A stretch of DNA of 64,000 nucleotides from assembly GCA_011620345.1 (NCBI GenBank), contig WOZJ01000050.1:1-64000 (forward strand), read 5' to 3'. Each line of letters begins with the position of its first letter. Within the stretch, counting starts at the first letter, position 1. The stretch comes from Nitrospirota bacterium. Its GTDB lineage: Bacteria; UBA2233. Under the pieces are notes generated by a model, which was given only the letters and a program-made list of their open reading frames with translations, did no database searches and was not told the DNA's origin. The position numbers were made by a program, and so were the translations under genes. Positions 1 to 8,783 of the stretch are shown here, piece after piece.

Positions 1-1455
1 TGGGGTGAATGGGTCAATAATCTCCTGTCCCGGATTGAACATGAGCTTCTTAACGCCCCGGTTGTTGAGATATTTGGACAGCTCCAGGTCGATCTTGGCC
101 GGTACGGCGATACCCGCGGCAGTCAAGCCTTGACGGAGCAGCGCTTCCGCCTGTCCGGCGCGGAGAGCGGCATCGCCCAAAACCCGCATGGCCTCGGTGG
201 GGTTATGGAACCCGACGGAGTTTTCCGCCCCGAAGTAGATCACCCGATAAAATGCCTCTTCGTAATGATCCTTGGCCTGGGCGTACAGATCCTTTTTAAT
301 TTCCTTGCCTTCGGCCTGGGCCTTGTGGGCCATCTCAAAGAGTTTGGCCACCGTGGCCGTGGCATACCCGGAACGGATGAAGATGGATACGGCACGGTCC
401 TGAATGGCGAGGACCTGCTCTTTCAGCCATTCCGGGGTTTGGGTGTGGCATTGCTGACACGCCTTCATGTCATTTTTCAACGGGCTCATGACCCGGTGAT
501 CCGTGGCCTTCTGGCTGCCCACCTTTGTGTACGGCATATGGCAGTCGGCGCAGGAAACGCCGGCCTTCCAGTGGACACTGTTGTTGGAGTACATCTCAAA
601 CTCGGGATGGCGGATGAACGCCATCTTGAAGCCGGTGACGCCCTGTCTCCATTCACCGTAGGATGCGTCGCTGCGAATCTTTTTGATGATGTTTTCCACG
701 GGCATCTGCCCCCACGTACTTCCTTCCCAGGGAAAGAAGACATCCGCGGATTTCATGTCAGCGTCCTTGGGGATGGTGTAGGTTACATGGCACTGGGCGC
801 AGACCAGGGAGCGTTTATCCTGATGGGTCAGCTTGGTCTCATCCGCGCCCATGGCTTTCAATGCTTTGCCCAGGGTGAAGCCGCGAGAAAGCTGGAGGGA
901 CATGTCCTTGTTGTCGTGGCAATCTATGCAAGCCACGCCGAGGTCCTGATGCTCCTTGGGAATCTCGGCCAACACCGCATCGTAGAGCTTGGAATAATAA
1001 TCCTTGCCCATTTTCTGCTCGAGTTGAACAGCATACGGTGTCTTGCAGGTCAGACAGACCCCACCGGACTTGAGCCGGGAAGGATCCGCCAGGGATTGAT
1101 CCTTGCGCATGTTGAGATGGCCCCGGGGTTCGTTGTACTCAACACCCATGCCCCAGCCGTTAAAGAGCAGGGCCAGGAATGGGAACTCGGAGAGCTTGTC
1201 ATAGGTCACACCGCCGTCATTGCCTTTTTTATACTTGCTTTTCCCTACGGGCGTCGGCTCGCCAGTTTTTTTCCACATATCGTATTCCACCGGGTAGGCC
1301 TTGCCCCACTTGGCCGGGTCAATCACGCCGTCGGCAATCTGCACGGTTTTCACCGGGGTTGCTTTCTCCGAGGCGCCTCCCGCGCCAAGCGCCAGGGTCA
1401 CCATTAATGCCAGCGCCGCACTTTGCTTCACCCTCTTTTTGTGGTCTTTTTCCAT
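1..1455 (-). CDS. nrfA: Ammonia-forming pentaheme cytochrome c nitrite reductase NrfA, Ca-independent type (3' end runs off the window)
   Basis: Not in the ORF track because it has no stop inside the window. I translated it by hand from ATG 1455: MEKDHKKRVKQSAALALMVTLALG...; CLTCK (CxxCK active-site heme), CIDCH, CAQCHVTY, FIRHPEFE, CADCH, CQQCH. No in-frame stop down to position 1. Confidence 0.95.
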   Translation of the reverse strand, partial: MEKDHKKRVKQSAALALMVTLALGAGGASEKATPVKTVQIADGVIDPAKWGKAYPVEYDMWKKTGEPTPVGKSKYKKGNDGGVTYDKLSEFPFLALLFNGWGMGVEYNEPRGHLNMRKDQSLADPSRLKSGGVCLTCKTPYAVQLEQKMGKDYYSKLYDAVLAEIPKEHQDLGVACIDCHDNKDMSLQLSRGFTLGKALKAMGADETKLTHQDKRSLVCAQCHVTYTIPKDADMKSADVFFPWEGSTWGQMPVENIIKKIRSDASYGEWRQGVTGFKMAFIRHPEFEMYSNNSVHWKAGVSCADCHMPYTKVGSQKATDHRVMSPLKNDMKACQQCHTQTPEWLKEQVLAIQDRAVSIFIRSGYATATVAKLFEMAHKAQAEGKEIKKDLYAQAKDHYEEAFYRVIYFGAENSVGFHNPTEAMRVLGDAALRAGQAEALLRQGLTAAGIAVPAKIDLELSKYLNNRGVKKLMFNPGQEIIDPFTP

Positions 1456-1468
1456 TGGTTATTTTCCC

Positions 1469-1624
1469 AACATTCATCTGACGAGACAGGATTGTGGCGG
1501 ACACCATGTAAGCGTTCCAAGGCACGATCCTTTGCGCATTGGCACCTTGGCGGTGATTCTCGACGCGGTCTCGGTTTATCGCGGGTTGAACCGGATCGAA
1601 TTGCTCGCTCGCCTGTATGAGTGA
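1469..1624 (+). pseudogene. hicA: C-terminal remnant of a HicA-family mRNA interferase toxin
   Basis: NIHLTRQDCGGHHVSVPRHDPLRIGTLAVILDAV...ELLARLYE* matches the HicA pattern (GSH)IRL...VxVPxH.L.xGTL..IL. The N-terminal half and GSH motif are missing and no hicB is adjacent. Confidence 0.7.
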
Positions 1625-1658
1625 GAGCTGCCTGAATAAACTCAGGCGTTGGCACCCG

Positions 1659-3014
1659 TTAAGCTGCCGGTTCCATGGATAGCATCCTAGCTAAGTCTTC
1701 TGTGGCCTCGCCCGTAAGGGTCAGCCCAAAGCGCTCTTTCAAGAACCCCGCAATCTCGGCGTTCAAAAACTGCGGGGGCTTGGGGCCGAGCGTGATGTTA
1801 TGAATGCCCAGGCTAAGGAGTGCAAGCAATATGATGACGGCCTTTTGTTCCATCCAACTCAGGACGATGGAAACGGGCAGGTCGTTTGGCGTTACGCCAA
1901 GGGCCTTGCTAAGGGCCAGGGCGATGTGGATGGCTCCGTTCGAGTCGTTGCACTGGCCCAAGTCGAGGTAGCGGGGGATGGAAGTGCCAGGGACGGTGCC
2001 AAACGCCCCGTCGGCAAACCGGAACTTGCCGCAGCTCGAAGTAAGCACTATGCAGTCTTTGGGAAGGCCAAGCGCCATCTCCCGAAAATACTCGCCTCCG
2101 CTTCCTGGCGCGTCGCAGCCGGCGATAACGAAGAAGCGCCGGATCAAGCCTTTTTTGACGGCATCCAAGATATCCGGCGCGGCGTCTAAGATGCTCAAGT
2201 AATGATGCCCCGTCTCGATCGTCGCGTCCGAATCGAACCCGTGGACATCCGGCAGCTCGAGGGCCGTCTCGATCAGCACGCCAAAATCATCGTCTTCGAT
2301 GTGCCGGATTCCTTCGATACCCGTAATCTTGTACCCAAAAAGCCGGTTCGCATAGCCGGAACGCTTCTTTAGGGGCACGATGCAGTTCGTGTTGACGACG
2401 ATCGCGCCTTGCCAGCGTTCAAACAAATCCGTTTGGTCGAACCAGGCCTTTCCGACATGGCCCTTGAGGTGGGGGTATTGCCTTAGCTTTGGGTATCCGT
2501 GGGCGGGCAGCATCTCGGAGTGCGTGTAGACGTTGATCCCTAAGCCCTTTGTCGCCTCAAGCAGCGCTTTGAGCATCGAAAGGTTGTGGCCCGATACGAG
2601 GATAGCCTTACCTTCTGCCCGGTTCCAGGGGACTCGGACGGGGCTCGGCACGCCGAAGGCACCGGTGTGGGCTTGACAGAGAATGTCCATCGCCTTGAGC
2701 CCGGCCTGGCCTAGCTTCATGAGTTGGGCGATGTGCTGGTCTTGGGTGAAGTTTACGTTGGTGAGCGTGAAATAGAGCGTTTCGGCCAGCGTATCGTCCA
2801 CCTCGGAGGTGTCGGCACCGAGCTCTTTTGCGTGCGCCCTGTAGGCGCTCAAGCCCTTGGCCCCGAACACCATCATGTCCTGGAGCCTCGCAAGCGTAGC
2901 GTCCTTGCCGCAGGTGCCCATCTGTTGGCCCGAAGCGCCGCACCCCGAAGGCGCGCTCATCTCGCACTGGTAGCAGAACATGGCCGCACTTTGGTTTGTT
3001 TCCCTCGTCTGCAT
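1659..3014 (-). CDS. hcp: Hybrid cluster protein (hydroxylamine/NO reductase), short class-3-like form
   Basis: MFCYQCE..C..GTCGK N-terminus, ILVSGH, YTHSEMLPAHGYP, IAGCD, CGKFRF, DLGQCND, SWMEQKA. ATG 3014 follows a GGGAGG RBS. Confidence 0.95.
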   Translation of the reverse strand: MQTRETNQSAAMFCYQCEMSAPSGCGASGQQMGTCGKDATLARLQDMMVFGAKGLSAYRAHAKELGADTSEVDDTLAETLYFTLTNVNFTQDQHIAQLMKLGQAGLKAMDILCQAHTGAFGVPSPVRVPWNRAEGKAILVSGHNLSMLKALLEATKGLGINVYTHSEMLPAHGYPKLRQYPHLKGHVGKAWFDQTDLFERWQGAIVVNTNCIVPLKKRSGYANRLFGYKITGIEGIRHIEDDDFGVLIETALELPDVHGFDSDATIETGHHYLSILDAAPDILDAVKKGLIRRFFVIAGCDAPGSGGEYFREMALGLPKDCIVLTSSCGKFRFADGAFGTVPGTSIPRYLDLGQCNDSNGAIHIALALSKALGVTPNDLPVSIVLSWMEQKAVIILLALLSLGIHNITLGPKPPQFLNAEIAGFLKERFGLTLTGEATEDLARMLSMEPAA

Positions 3015-3100
3015 GATTTGCCTCCCTTTTTGGGGTTGTTTAGGAATCGGATCTTCGATGTCCCTAAACAACATCATGCAGGATTTCGGCCGGACAATCC

Positions 3101-3114
3101 TTGATTCTCGTCAA
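3101..3114. promoter_or_regulatory. FNR/HcpR-type (CRP-FNR family) operator upstream of hcp
   Basis: TTGAT-TCTC-GTCAA, one mismatch to TTGAT-N4-ATCAA, about 87 bp upstream of hcp. A CATGAT -10-like hexamer on the minus strand (3073-3078) is at class II spacing. Confidence 0.65.
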
Positions 3115-3176
3115 GATTTTGATCAACGGCGGCCTCAAGGCCGTTTTCAGGCTAGGAAAAAAGAAGCCAAATAAAA

Positions 3177-3662
3177 TCAGTAGTCTTCGAGATGCGTGAT
3201 TTCGGCGTCCTCCAGCCAGGTCTTGGGACGTTGAATCAGCTCGACCATGTTGTCTAGGATTTTGTAGTGCCTTTGTTCTTCGGCCGCGAGCCTCTCGAAG
3301 AGGGCCGTTTCTTGTTCTGAGGATGCCTTCTTGGCGCAATCCTCGTAGAACTTCCAGCTCTTCTCCTCAAGCTCTCTGGCTTTTTGGTAGGCTTTTTCCT
3401 GAGCCTCTTCTTTGAGAAACTCCTTTGGGGGGTTGGCCTGCATCACTTTAAAGATGCTCTTGATGCCCTCAAGAAGGGATGAATCTTCCATGGAGAAGGT
3501 GTTCGCCTTCATCCGTTGGATGGTCCTGAAATGCTTGAGCTCCTCTTCTGCAAGCGTCGTAAAAATGCTCTTTAAGCCCTTGTCAGGAACACTGTCTGCG
3601 AGTGTGCGGTAAAACCGCTCTCCGTCCTGCTCCATTTGCATGGCAAAATCGTAGATGTCCAC
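3177..3662 (-). CDS. Ferritin/rubrerythrin-like diiron protein
   Basis: Duplicated E..G.FY / EE..H motifs (AMQMEQDGERFY, LAEEELKH, LAAEEQRH). The GTG start follows AAGGAG. Confidence 0.85.
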   Translation of the reverse strand: MDIYDFAMQMEQDGERFYRTLADSVPDKGLKSIFTTLAEEELKHFRTIQRMKANTFSMEDSSLLEGIKSIFKVMQANPPKEFLKEEAQEKAYQKARELEEKSWKFYEDCAKKASSEQETALFERLAAEEQRHYKILDNMVELIQRPKTWLEDAEITHLEDY

Positions 3663-3766
3663 CAAGGCTCTCCTTGTGTTCGTTGGTCCTTGATCCATTG
3701 TGGCAAACTTGGAGAATCAGGGCTAGGGGCATGCACATGGATATCGTCAGCGCAGATGGGGGGACC

Positions 3767-4102
3767 ATGAAACGTACGGGCAACCTGTTTGAGGAGGTTT
3801 CGCAGGCACAAGGGCAGGAAACCTACGAAACCCTCCTTGAGTGCGGCAGCGTCCGAATCGAGCGGATCGTTTCGTTCGGCCATGCCTCTCAAGAAGGCCT
3901 TTGGTACGACCAAGCCGAAGACGAATGGGTTGTGCTTTTAGAGGGTGCTGCGATCTTGGAAGACGCCGAAGGGGCAAGGTTGCTCTTAAAGCCCGGAGAC
4001 ACAGTGTGGCTTCCGGCAGGCTTAAAGCATCGGGTGGCATGGACCCCAAAACACAACCGAACGCTGTGGCTGGCTGTTTTCAGCCAGCACGACTCTCGTT
4101 GA
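3767..4102 (+). CDS. Cupin domain protein
   Basis: VRIERIVSFGHAS..WYDQ.EDEWVVLLEG.A, LKPGD, HRVAWT, WLAV. Confidence 0.85.
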   Translation: MKRTGNLFEEVSQAQGQETYETLLECGSVRIERIVSFGHASQEGLWYDQAEDEWVVLLEGAAILEDAEGARLLLKPGDTVWLPAGLKHRVAWTPKHNRTLWLAVFSQHDSR

Positions 4103-4236
4103 AGCAAGAAAGGCGCTTATCGGCTGCCTCTCCGAGCATCGCTTAGTGATTTCTTATGAGCCATGGGCGTTGATCGCTTCTTGCGCTTAGGGCTTGAGGC
4201 CGCCCTGATCGTGCGTTTCGTCAGGATGGCCGGTTC

Positions 4237-6150
4237 TTATTTAACGGGGGGAGCAGGTGGTGTATGTCTATCTTTCACTATAAACACCGGAATGCTCACC
4301 TTATGCCGGACCTTGTCTACCGTGGTTCCGAACAGGATATCTTTCAGTATGGTATGACCGTGGGCACCCATCACGAGTAGGTCGGCGCCGAATTCGTTCA
4401 CGATCTTGGGGATGACGTGTTTCGGGTTCCCGAAGCCCAGAAACGTGCTGGCTTCAAACCCCTTTTCCTCCACAAAAGACTGGTAGCGTTCCAGCAGGTT
4501 TTTGTCCTGAAGGGTTTCGTAATCGCCGGTTTCCTGGCCGAGAATGATCGCTCCCGCCGACTCTACCACGTGGATGATCAGAATTTTTGCTTTGGCATGG
4601 CACAGCGATAATGCATGGCGGATTGCCTGGCCGTCAACCTCGCTGAAGTCGACGGCGATGGCAATGCGCGAATAGGTGGCTGGAGAGAAGATGTCGCTCA
4701 GCGCCGGGGCCTTATGCGGCGAGTGGGTGGCTTTCATAAAAAGCCGTTGCGCGAACGGCCGGAAGGTGATGAACAACAACAAAACGCAGGTTCCTACAGC
4801 TAAAGGAACAACGGCGAACCTTATGGCCCATGGATGAACGCCCTCAAGGAGCCAACCGTTGATTTCATCGATCACCAGCTTGGCGTTCAATACTACGATA
4901 GCTCCAGCAGCGAGCCATGAAAACATTTTGGTTACCGGGCCGATAACAAATTTTCCCATACGCTGCCGATCGCTTACGAAATGAATAAGCGGGATGACGG
5001 CAAACCCGAGCTGGAGGCTGAGCACTACCTGGCTTAAGATAAGCAACTGTTCTGCGGACTGTTCTCCGAACAATACGATGGTAATCACCGCGGGTATGAT
5101 CGCCAGCAAACGCGTGATGATACGGCGAATCCATGGTTGAATACGCAGGTTCAGGTATCCTTCCATCACGACCTGGCCGGCCAACGTTCCTGTTAAGGTG
5201 GAGCTTTGCCCGGCAGCCAGCAACGCCACGGCAAAAAGCATCGGAGCCCACTGGGTCCCCAATAGGGGCTCTAGGAACTGGTGCGCGTCTTTGATTCCTA
5301 CCACTCCGTACATTCCGTGCTTGTAGAAAGTCGCCGCGGCAAGCACAAGCAGAGATACATTCACGAAGAAAGCCAGGTTGAGGGCCACCATAGAGTCGAT
5401 CATGTTAAACCTGATGGCTTCCCTGATTTTTGGTTCACTTTTTTCGAACTTCCGGGTTTGCACGAGCGATGAATGCAGGTATAAGTTGTGGGGCATCACG
5501 GTAGCCCCGATGATTCCTATGGCAATGTACAACTCGGTACCGTTTGGAATAGACGGCAGAAATCCTCGCATGAGTTCCCCAACGTCGGGTTTGGCCAAAA
5601 ACATTTCAAGGAGAAACGCCACCCCAACGATACCCACAAGCGAAAAGATAAAGGCTTCCATTCTCCGCATTCCATGGTTGATGAGGAACAGGAGCAGGAA
5701 AGTATCAAGCAGGGTGAGGGCAACGCCCCATAGCATGGGAATGCCGAACAGTAGCTGTAGTCCTATGGCCATTCCGAGCACTTCGGCCAGATCGCACGCG
5801 GCAATGGCGATTTCAGCCAGGATATACAACACAACGACCACAAAAGACGAATACGCTTCCTTCGACGCCTGTGCAAGGTCGCGGCCGTGCACGATGCCTA
5901 ATCGAGCGCTTAGGCTTTGCAGCAACATGGCCATCAAACTAGACAACAAAAGCACCCAGATTAGCTTGTATCCAAACTGGCTTCCCCCGGCAATGTCGGT
6001 GGCCCAGTTTCCGGGATCCATATACCCCACGCTTATGAGGTAAGCCGGCCCTAAAAAGGTCCGTAATTTTCCGAAGAACCCCTTGAGCACCGTCGTATCG
6101 ATGCTCTCGTATACTTCTTCTAGCGATTTTCCGACTTTACTCTTGTTCAC
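4237..6150 (-). CDS. mntH: NRAMP Mn2+/Fe2+ transporter with C-terminal universal stress protein (USP) domain
   Basis: YMDPGNW and GATVMPHNLYLHS NRAMP signatures. C-terminal IAVDFS...ADLLVMGAHGH...LFGTT USP domain. Confidence 0.93.
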   Translation of the reverse strand: MNKSKVGKSLEEVYESIDTTVLKGFFGKLRTFLGPAYLISVGYMDPGNWATDIAGGSQFGYKLIWVLLLSSLMAMLLQSLSARLGIVHGRDLAQASKEAYSSFVVVVLYILAEIAIAACDLAEVLGMAIGLQLLFGIPMLWGVALTLLDTFLLLFLINHGMRRMEAFIFSLVGIVGVAFLLEMFLAKPDVGELMRGFLPSIPNGTELYIAIGIIGATVMPHNLYLHSSLVQTRKFEKSEPKIREAIRFNMIDSMVALNLAFFVNVSLLVLAAATFYKHGMYGVVGIKDAHQFLEPLLGTQWAPMLFAVALLAAGQSSTLTGTLAGQVVMEGYLNLRIQPWIRRIITRLLAIIPAVITIVLFGEQSAEQLLILSQVVLSLQLGFAVIPLIHFVSDRQRMGKFVIGPVTKMFSWLAAGAIVVLNAKLVIDEINGWLLEGVHPWAIRFAVVPLAVGTCVLLLFITFRPFAQRLFMKATHSPHKAPALSDIFSPATYSRIAIAVDFSEVDGQAIRHALSLCHAKAKILIIHVVESAGAIILGQETGDYETLQDKNLLERYQSFVEEKGFEASTFLGFGNPKHVIPKIVNEFGADLLVMGAHGHTILKDILFGTTVDKVRHKVSIPVFIVKDRHTPPAPPVK

Positions 6151-6152
6151 AT

Positions 6153-6249
6153 GTTTTTACCGTGATTGACATTGGCGTTAAGCTGGCCGTCCCGCGCAAT
6201 GCGGCTTTCCTTGTTGCCATAGCAACACGATCTTTACGTTTTTACCGTG
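6153..6249. promoter_or_regulatory. Candidate operator region upstream of mntH
   Basis: Near-perfect palindrome TGTTGC-CATA-GCAACA (6212-6227) flanked by the exact 12-bp direct repeat GTTTTTACCGTG (6153-6164 and 6238-6249). Confidence 0.45.
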
Positions 6250-6438
6250 GTCTTCCATAGCCCTCTTTCGGAGAGGCATGGATATGGCATTCCCCCGGAA
6301 TCGGGCTGGATACGCCTTCGTGGAAGCTGGGGTTACAAATACACCATAAAGCTCGCTCGTACCCAGGAGCCGACCGACATCCGGCTAGAAGGCGAGGGCG
6401 TAAGGGCTGGACAGGAACAATCCAGAAAGCAAAAAACC

Positions 6439-7155
6439 CTAACGGCTAAGGACGAAAGGCTTGCCCGGCTCCGGGGTCAGCACCTCGATCCAAGAAAGGT
6501 CTTGAAGGAGACCCTTGAGCCTCTCCGGCCTGCCTGCCAGGAGCGGGAACGTCCCGTGGTGCATGGGAACCACCTTTGGGCAGCCAAGCAACCGAGCGGC
6601 CAGGTTCGCTTCCCTCGGGCCCATCGTGTAGAAGTCTCCGATGGGGATAAAGGCGGCATCGGGCCTGTAGAGCTCCGCAATAAGGCGCATGTCGGAAAAC
6701 ACGTTCGTGTCGCCCGCGTGGTAGACCCTGTAGCCGTTCTCGAACGTTAAGACATATCCTGCGGCCTCGCCCCCGTAGAGAATCCTGCCTTCGTCTAGGA
6801 TGCCGCACGAATGATCGGCATGGACCATAGTCACTTCGATGCCGCCGATCTTCTGGGTTCCGCCCTTGTTCATCCCCGAGGTATTCAAGACGCCCTTGGA
6901 TTCGAGCCAATGGCAGGTCTCAAAGACCCCGATGATCTTCTCTGGCTTGTAGTTTTTGGCAAGCTCGATCGAATCGCCGATGTGGTCAAAATGCCCGTGC
7001 GTAACGAGAAGGATGTCGAGCTTCTTGAAGCGCTGCGCCTCTTTTGGGCAGGCAGGGTTGCCCATTACCCACGGATCGATCAAGACGTCCTTCCCCGAAG
7101 GGGTCTTGAAGAGAAACGTCGAATGGCCAAGCCAGGTGACCTCAAGCTCTGCCAT
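6439..7155 (-). CDS. Metallo-beta-lactamase-fold metal-dependent hydrolase (UPF0173)
   Basis: WLGHS, IDPW, THGHFDH, YHAGDT, PIGD..TMGP, PMHHGTF. Confidence 0.9.
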   Translation of the reverse strand: MAELEVTWLGHSTFLFKTPSGKDVLIDPWVMGNPACPKEAQRFKKLDILLVTHGHFDHIGDSIELAKNYKPEKIIGVFETCHWLESKGVLNTSGMNKGGTQKIGGIEVTMVHADHSCGILDEGRILYGGEAAGYVLTFENGYRVYHAGDTNVFSDMRLIAELYRPDAAFIPIGDFYTMGPREANLAARLLGCPKVVPMHHGTFPLLAGRPERLKGLLQDLSWIEVLTPEPGKPFVLSR

Positions 7156-7179
7156 GCTCTTTCCTCCTACTTGCTTTGC

Positions 7180-7998
7180 TTAAGCTTTAGGTGATGCCCC
7201 TTCCTTTGCCGATGCGATCCCCGCAAGAAGCGCACCGTGGAGAGGGCCGTTGGTTGCAAGGATCGAATCAGACCGTAGGGCAAAGGGCGCTCCTTCCATC
7301 GTTGTCACTTTTCCAAGGGCCTCTTCGACGATCAAGCGGCCCGCGGCCATGTCCCAGGGCTTAAGGCGCATCTCCCACATGCCGTCGAACCTGCCGCATG
7401 CCACGTAGCATAAGTTCAAGGCGGCCGACCCATCCCTCCGGAGCGCTTGAGAACGGAACAGAAAAGCCTTAAAATAATTAAGGTTGTTTTCGGGATGGTG
7501 CCGTATATCGTACGGGAACCCGGTAACCAGCAGCGCTTTCTCGAGCGCGTCTACGGAAGAAGCGCGAATACGGCGGCCGTTCAAAAAGCTCCCCCAGCCG
7601 CTCGCTGCGGAAAACATTTCATCCCGGACTGGGTCGACAACGACCCCTAGGAGGGGCCGGTCTTCGTGGTACAGGGCCAGCGAAACGCAAAAAAAGGGAT
7701 AGTCGTGGGTATAGTTTGTCGTCCCATCCAGCGGGTCTACATACCACACAAAGGCCTGGTCTTGCCTTACGTCTCCCCCGCCCTCTTCGGCAACGATACC
7801 GTGTTGCGGGAATTCTTCGCGGATTCTTTGGGTAATGTAGCGTTCCGAGGCCATGTCGACCTCGGTTACAAGGTTCGTCGCTTCTCCTTTGGTTCGCACG
7901 CCGAACCCTCCGCCCCTGGACGCTGCAAGGATTTTCCCGGCACCATGGGCAATCTCCTGGGCGGTCCAAAGCATTTCGAGGATGTCTTTCTCTGGCAT
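7180..7998 (-). CDS. suhB: Inositol monophosphatase family protein
   Basis: AEE, WYVDPLDGTTNY, GSAAL.LC.VA.G..DG.WE..LKPWD.AAG. Confidence 0.9.
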   Translation of the reverse strand: MPEKDILEMLWTAQEIAHGAGKILAASRGGGFGVRTKGEATNLVTEVDMASERYITQRIREEFPQHGIVAEEGGGDVRQDQAFVWYVDPLDGTTNYTHDYPFFCVSLALYHEDRPLLGVVVDPVRDEMFSAASGWGSFLNGRRIRASSVDALEKALLVTGFPYDIRHHPENNLNYFKAFLFRSQALRRDGSAALNLCYVACGRFDGMWEMRLKPWDMAAGRLIVEEALGKVTTMEGAPFALRSDSILATNGPLHGALLAGIASAKEGASPKA

Positions 7999-8054
7999 GC
8001 TTGCCCTCCTTCGTTCCTTTCGATTGTAACAAACCCCTGAAGCACCCGCAAAGC

Positions 8055-8783
8055 ATGGATCAAACCTTCCCTGTCCAAGTCTTTATCGACTTCGACGGCA
8101 CGATTACCACCTCAGACTCTGTTAGCATACTGATCGAGCGGTTCGCCGAAGAAGGCTGGCAAGAGGATGAAGGCCTTTGGGACCTAGGCCGGATTTCATC
8201 CAAAGAATACTACGCACGGCAGTTCAAAAGGCTCAAGATTTCTAAAGCCGAGTTAGAGGCATTCCTTCAGGGCGTCCCGATCGACCAGTGGTTTGGCCCG
8301 TTCGTTGCCTTCGCCAAACGATACGGCCTCCCTTTGGCCATCGTAAGCGACGGGTTCACGCCCTTCATAGAGGCGATCCTTGCCCATCATGAGATCGGAG
8401 GGCTGCCGATCTTCGCAAACGGGCTTTCCATCCGAGAGAACCCCAAGACCGGCCTTCTTACGCTCTTGCCCAAGCCTAATCTAATGAAGCTCCAAGCATG
8501 CAAGGTTCAGGCCGCGCTTTGCAAGTGCGACATCGTAGAGCCGCTTGTCGCCAGGGCCCAGACAAGCGTATACATCGGGAACGGCAGGTCGGATTTTTGC
8601 GTATCCCAGCACGTAAACGGGCTTATTCTGTTCGCCAAAGACGAGCTTGCAAGCAATCTCGAGGCCAAAGGCGCTCGCTTTTTCCCCTTTCAATCGTTCA
8701 GGGATATTATGGAAGTTCTATCCGGCCTCATGCTGCAGGCTGCGGGTGGTAATATTTATCAGACTATTGAGGGGAGAGCATGA
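8055..8783 (+). CDS. MtnX-like HAD-IB phosphatase
   Basis: FIDFDGTIT, IVSDG, CK, YIGNGRSDFC, FAKD.L. Confidence 0.85.
   Translation: MDQTFPVQVFIDFDGTITTSDSVSILIERFAEEGWQEDEGLWDLGRISSKEYYARQFKRLKISKAELEAFLQGVPIDQWFGPFVAFAKRYGLPLAIVSDGFTPFIEAILAHHEIGGLPIFANGLSIRENPKTGLLTLLPKPNLMKLQACKVQAALCKCDIVEPLVARAQTSVYIGNGRSDFCVSQHVNGLILFAKDELASNLEAKGARFFPFQSFRDIMEVLSGLMLQAAGGNIYQTIEGRA

Noticed and set aside
130-1407. 425-aa plus-strand ORF
   Set aside because: It is the antisense shadow of nrfA in the same codon register and has no recognisable motifs.
6250-6438. M-box or yybP-ykoY riboswitch upstream of mntH
   Set aside because: Only short matches such as GGCTCCT. The conserved elements are not in the right order or on the right strand. 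An Rfam scan would be needed.
8055-8783. True mtnX of methionine salvage
   Set aside because: No mtnW/mtnB/mtnD is adjacent, and it is coupled to an aminotransferase and a hydrolase instead.
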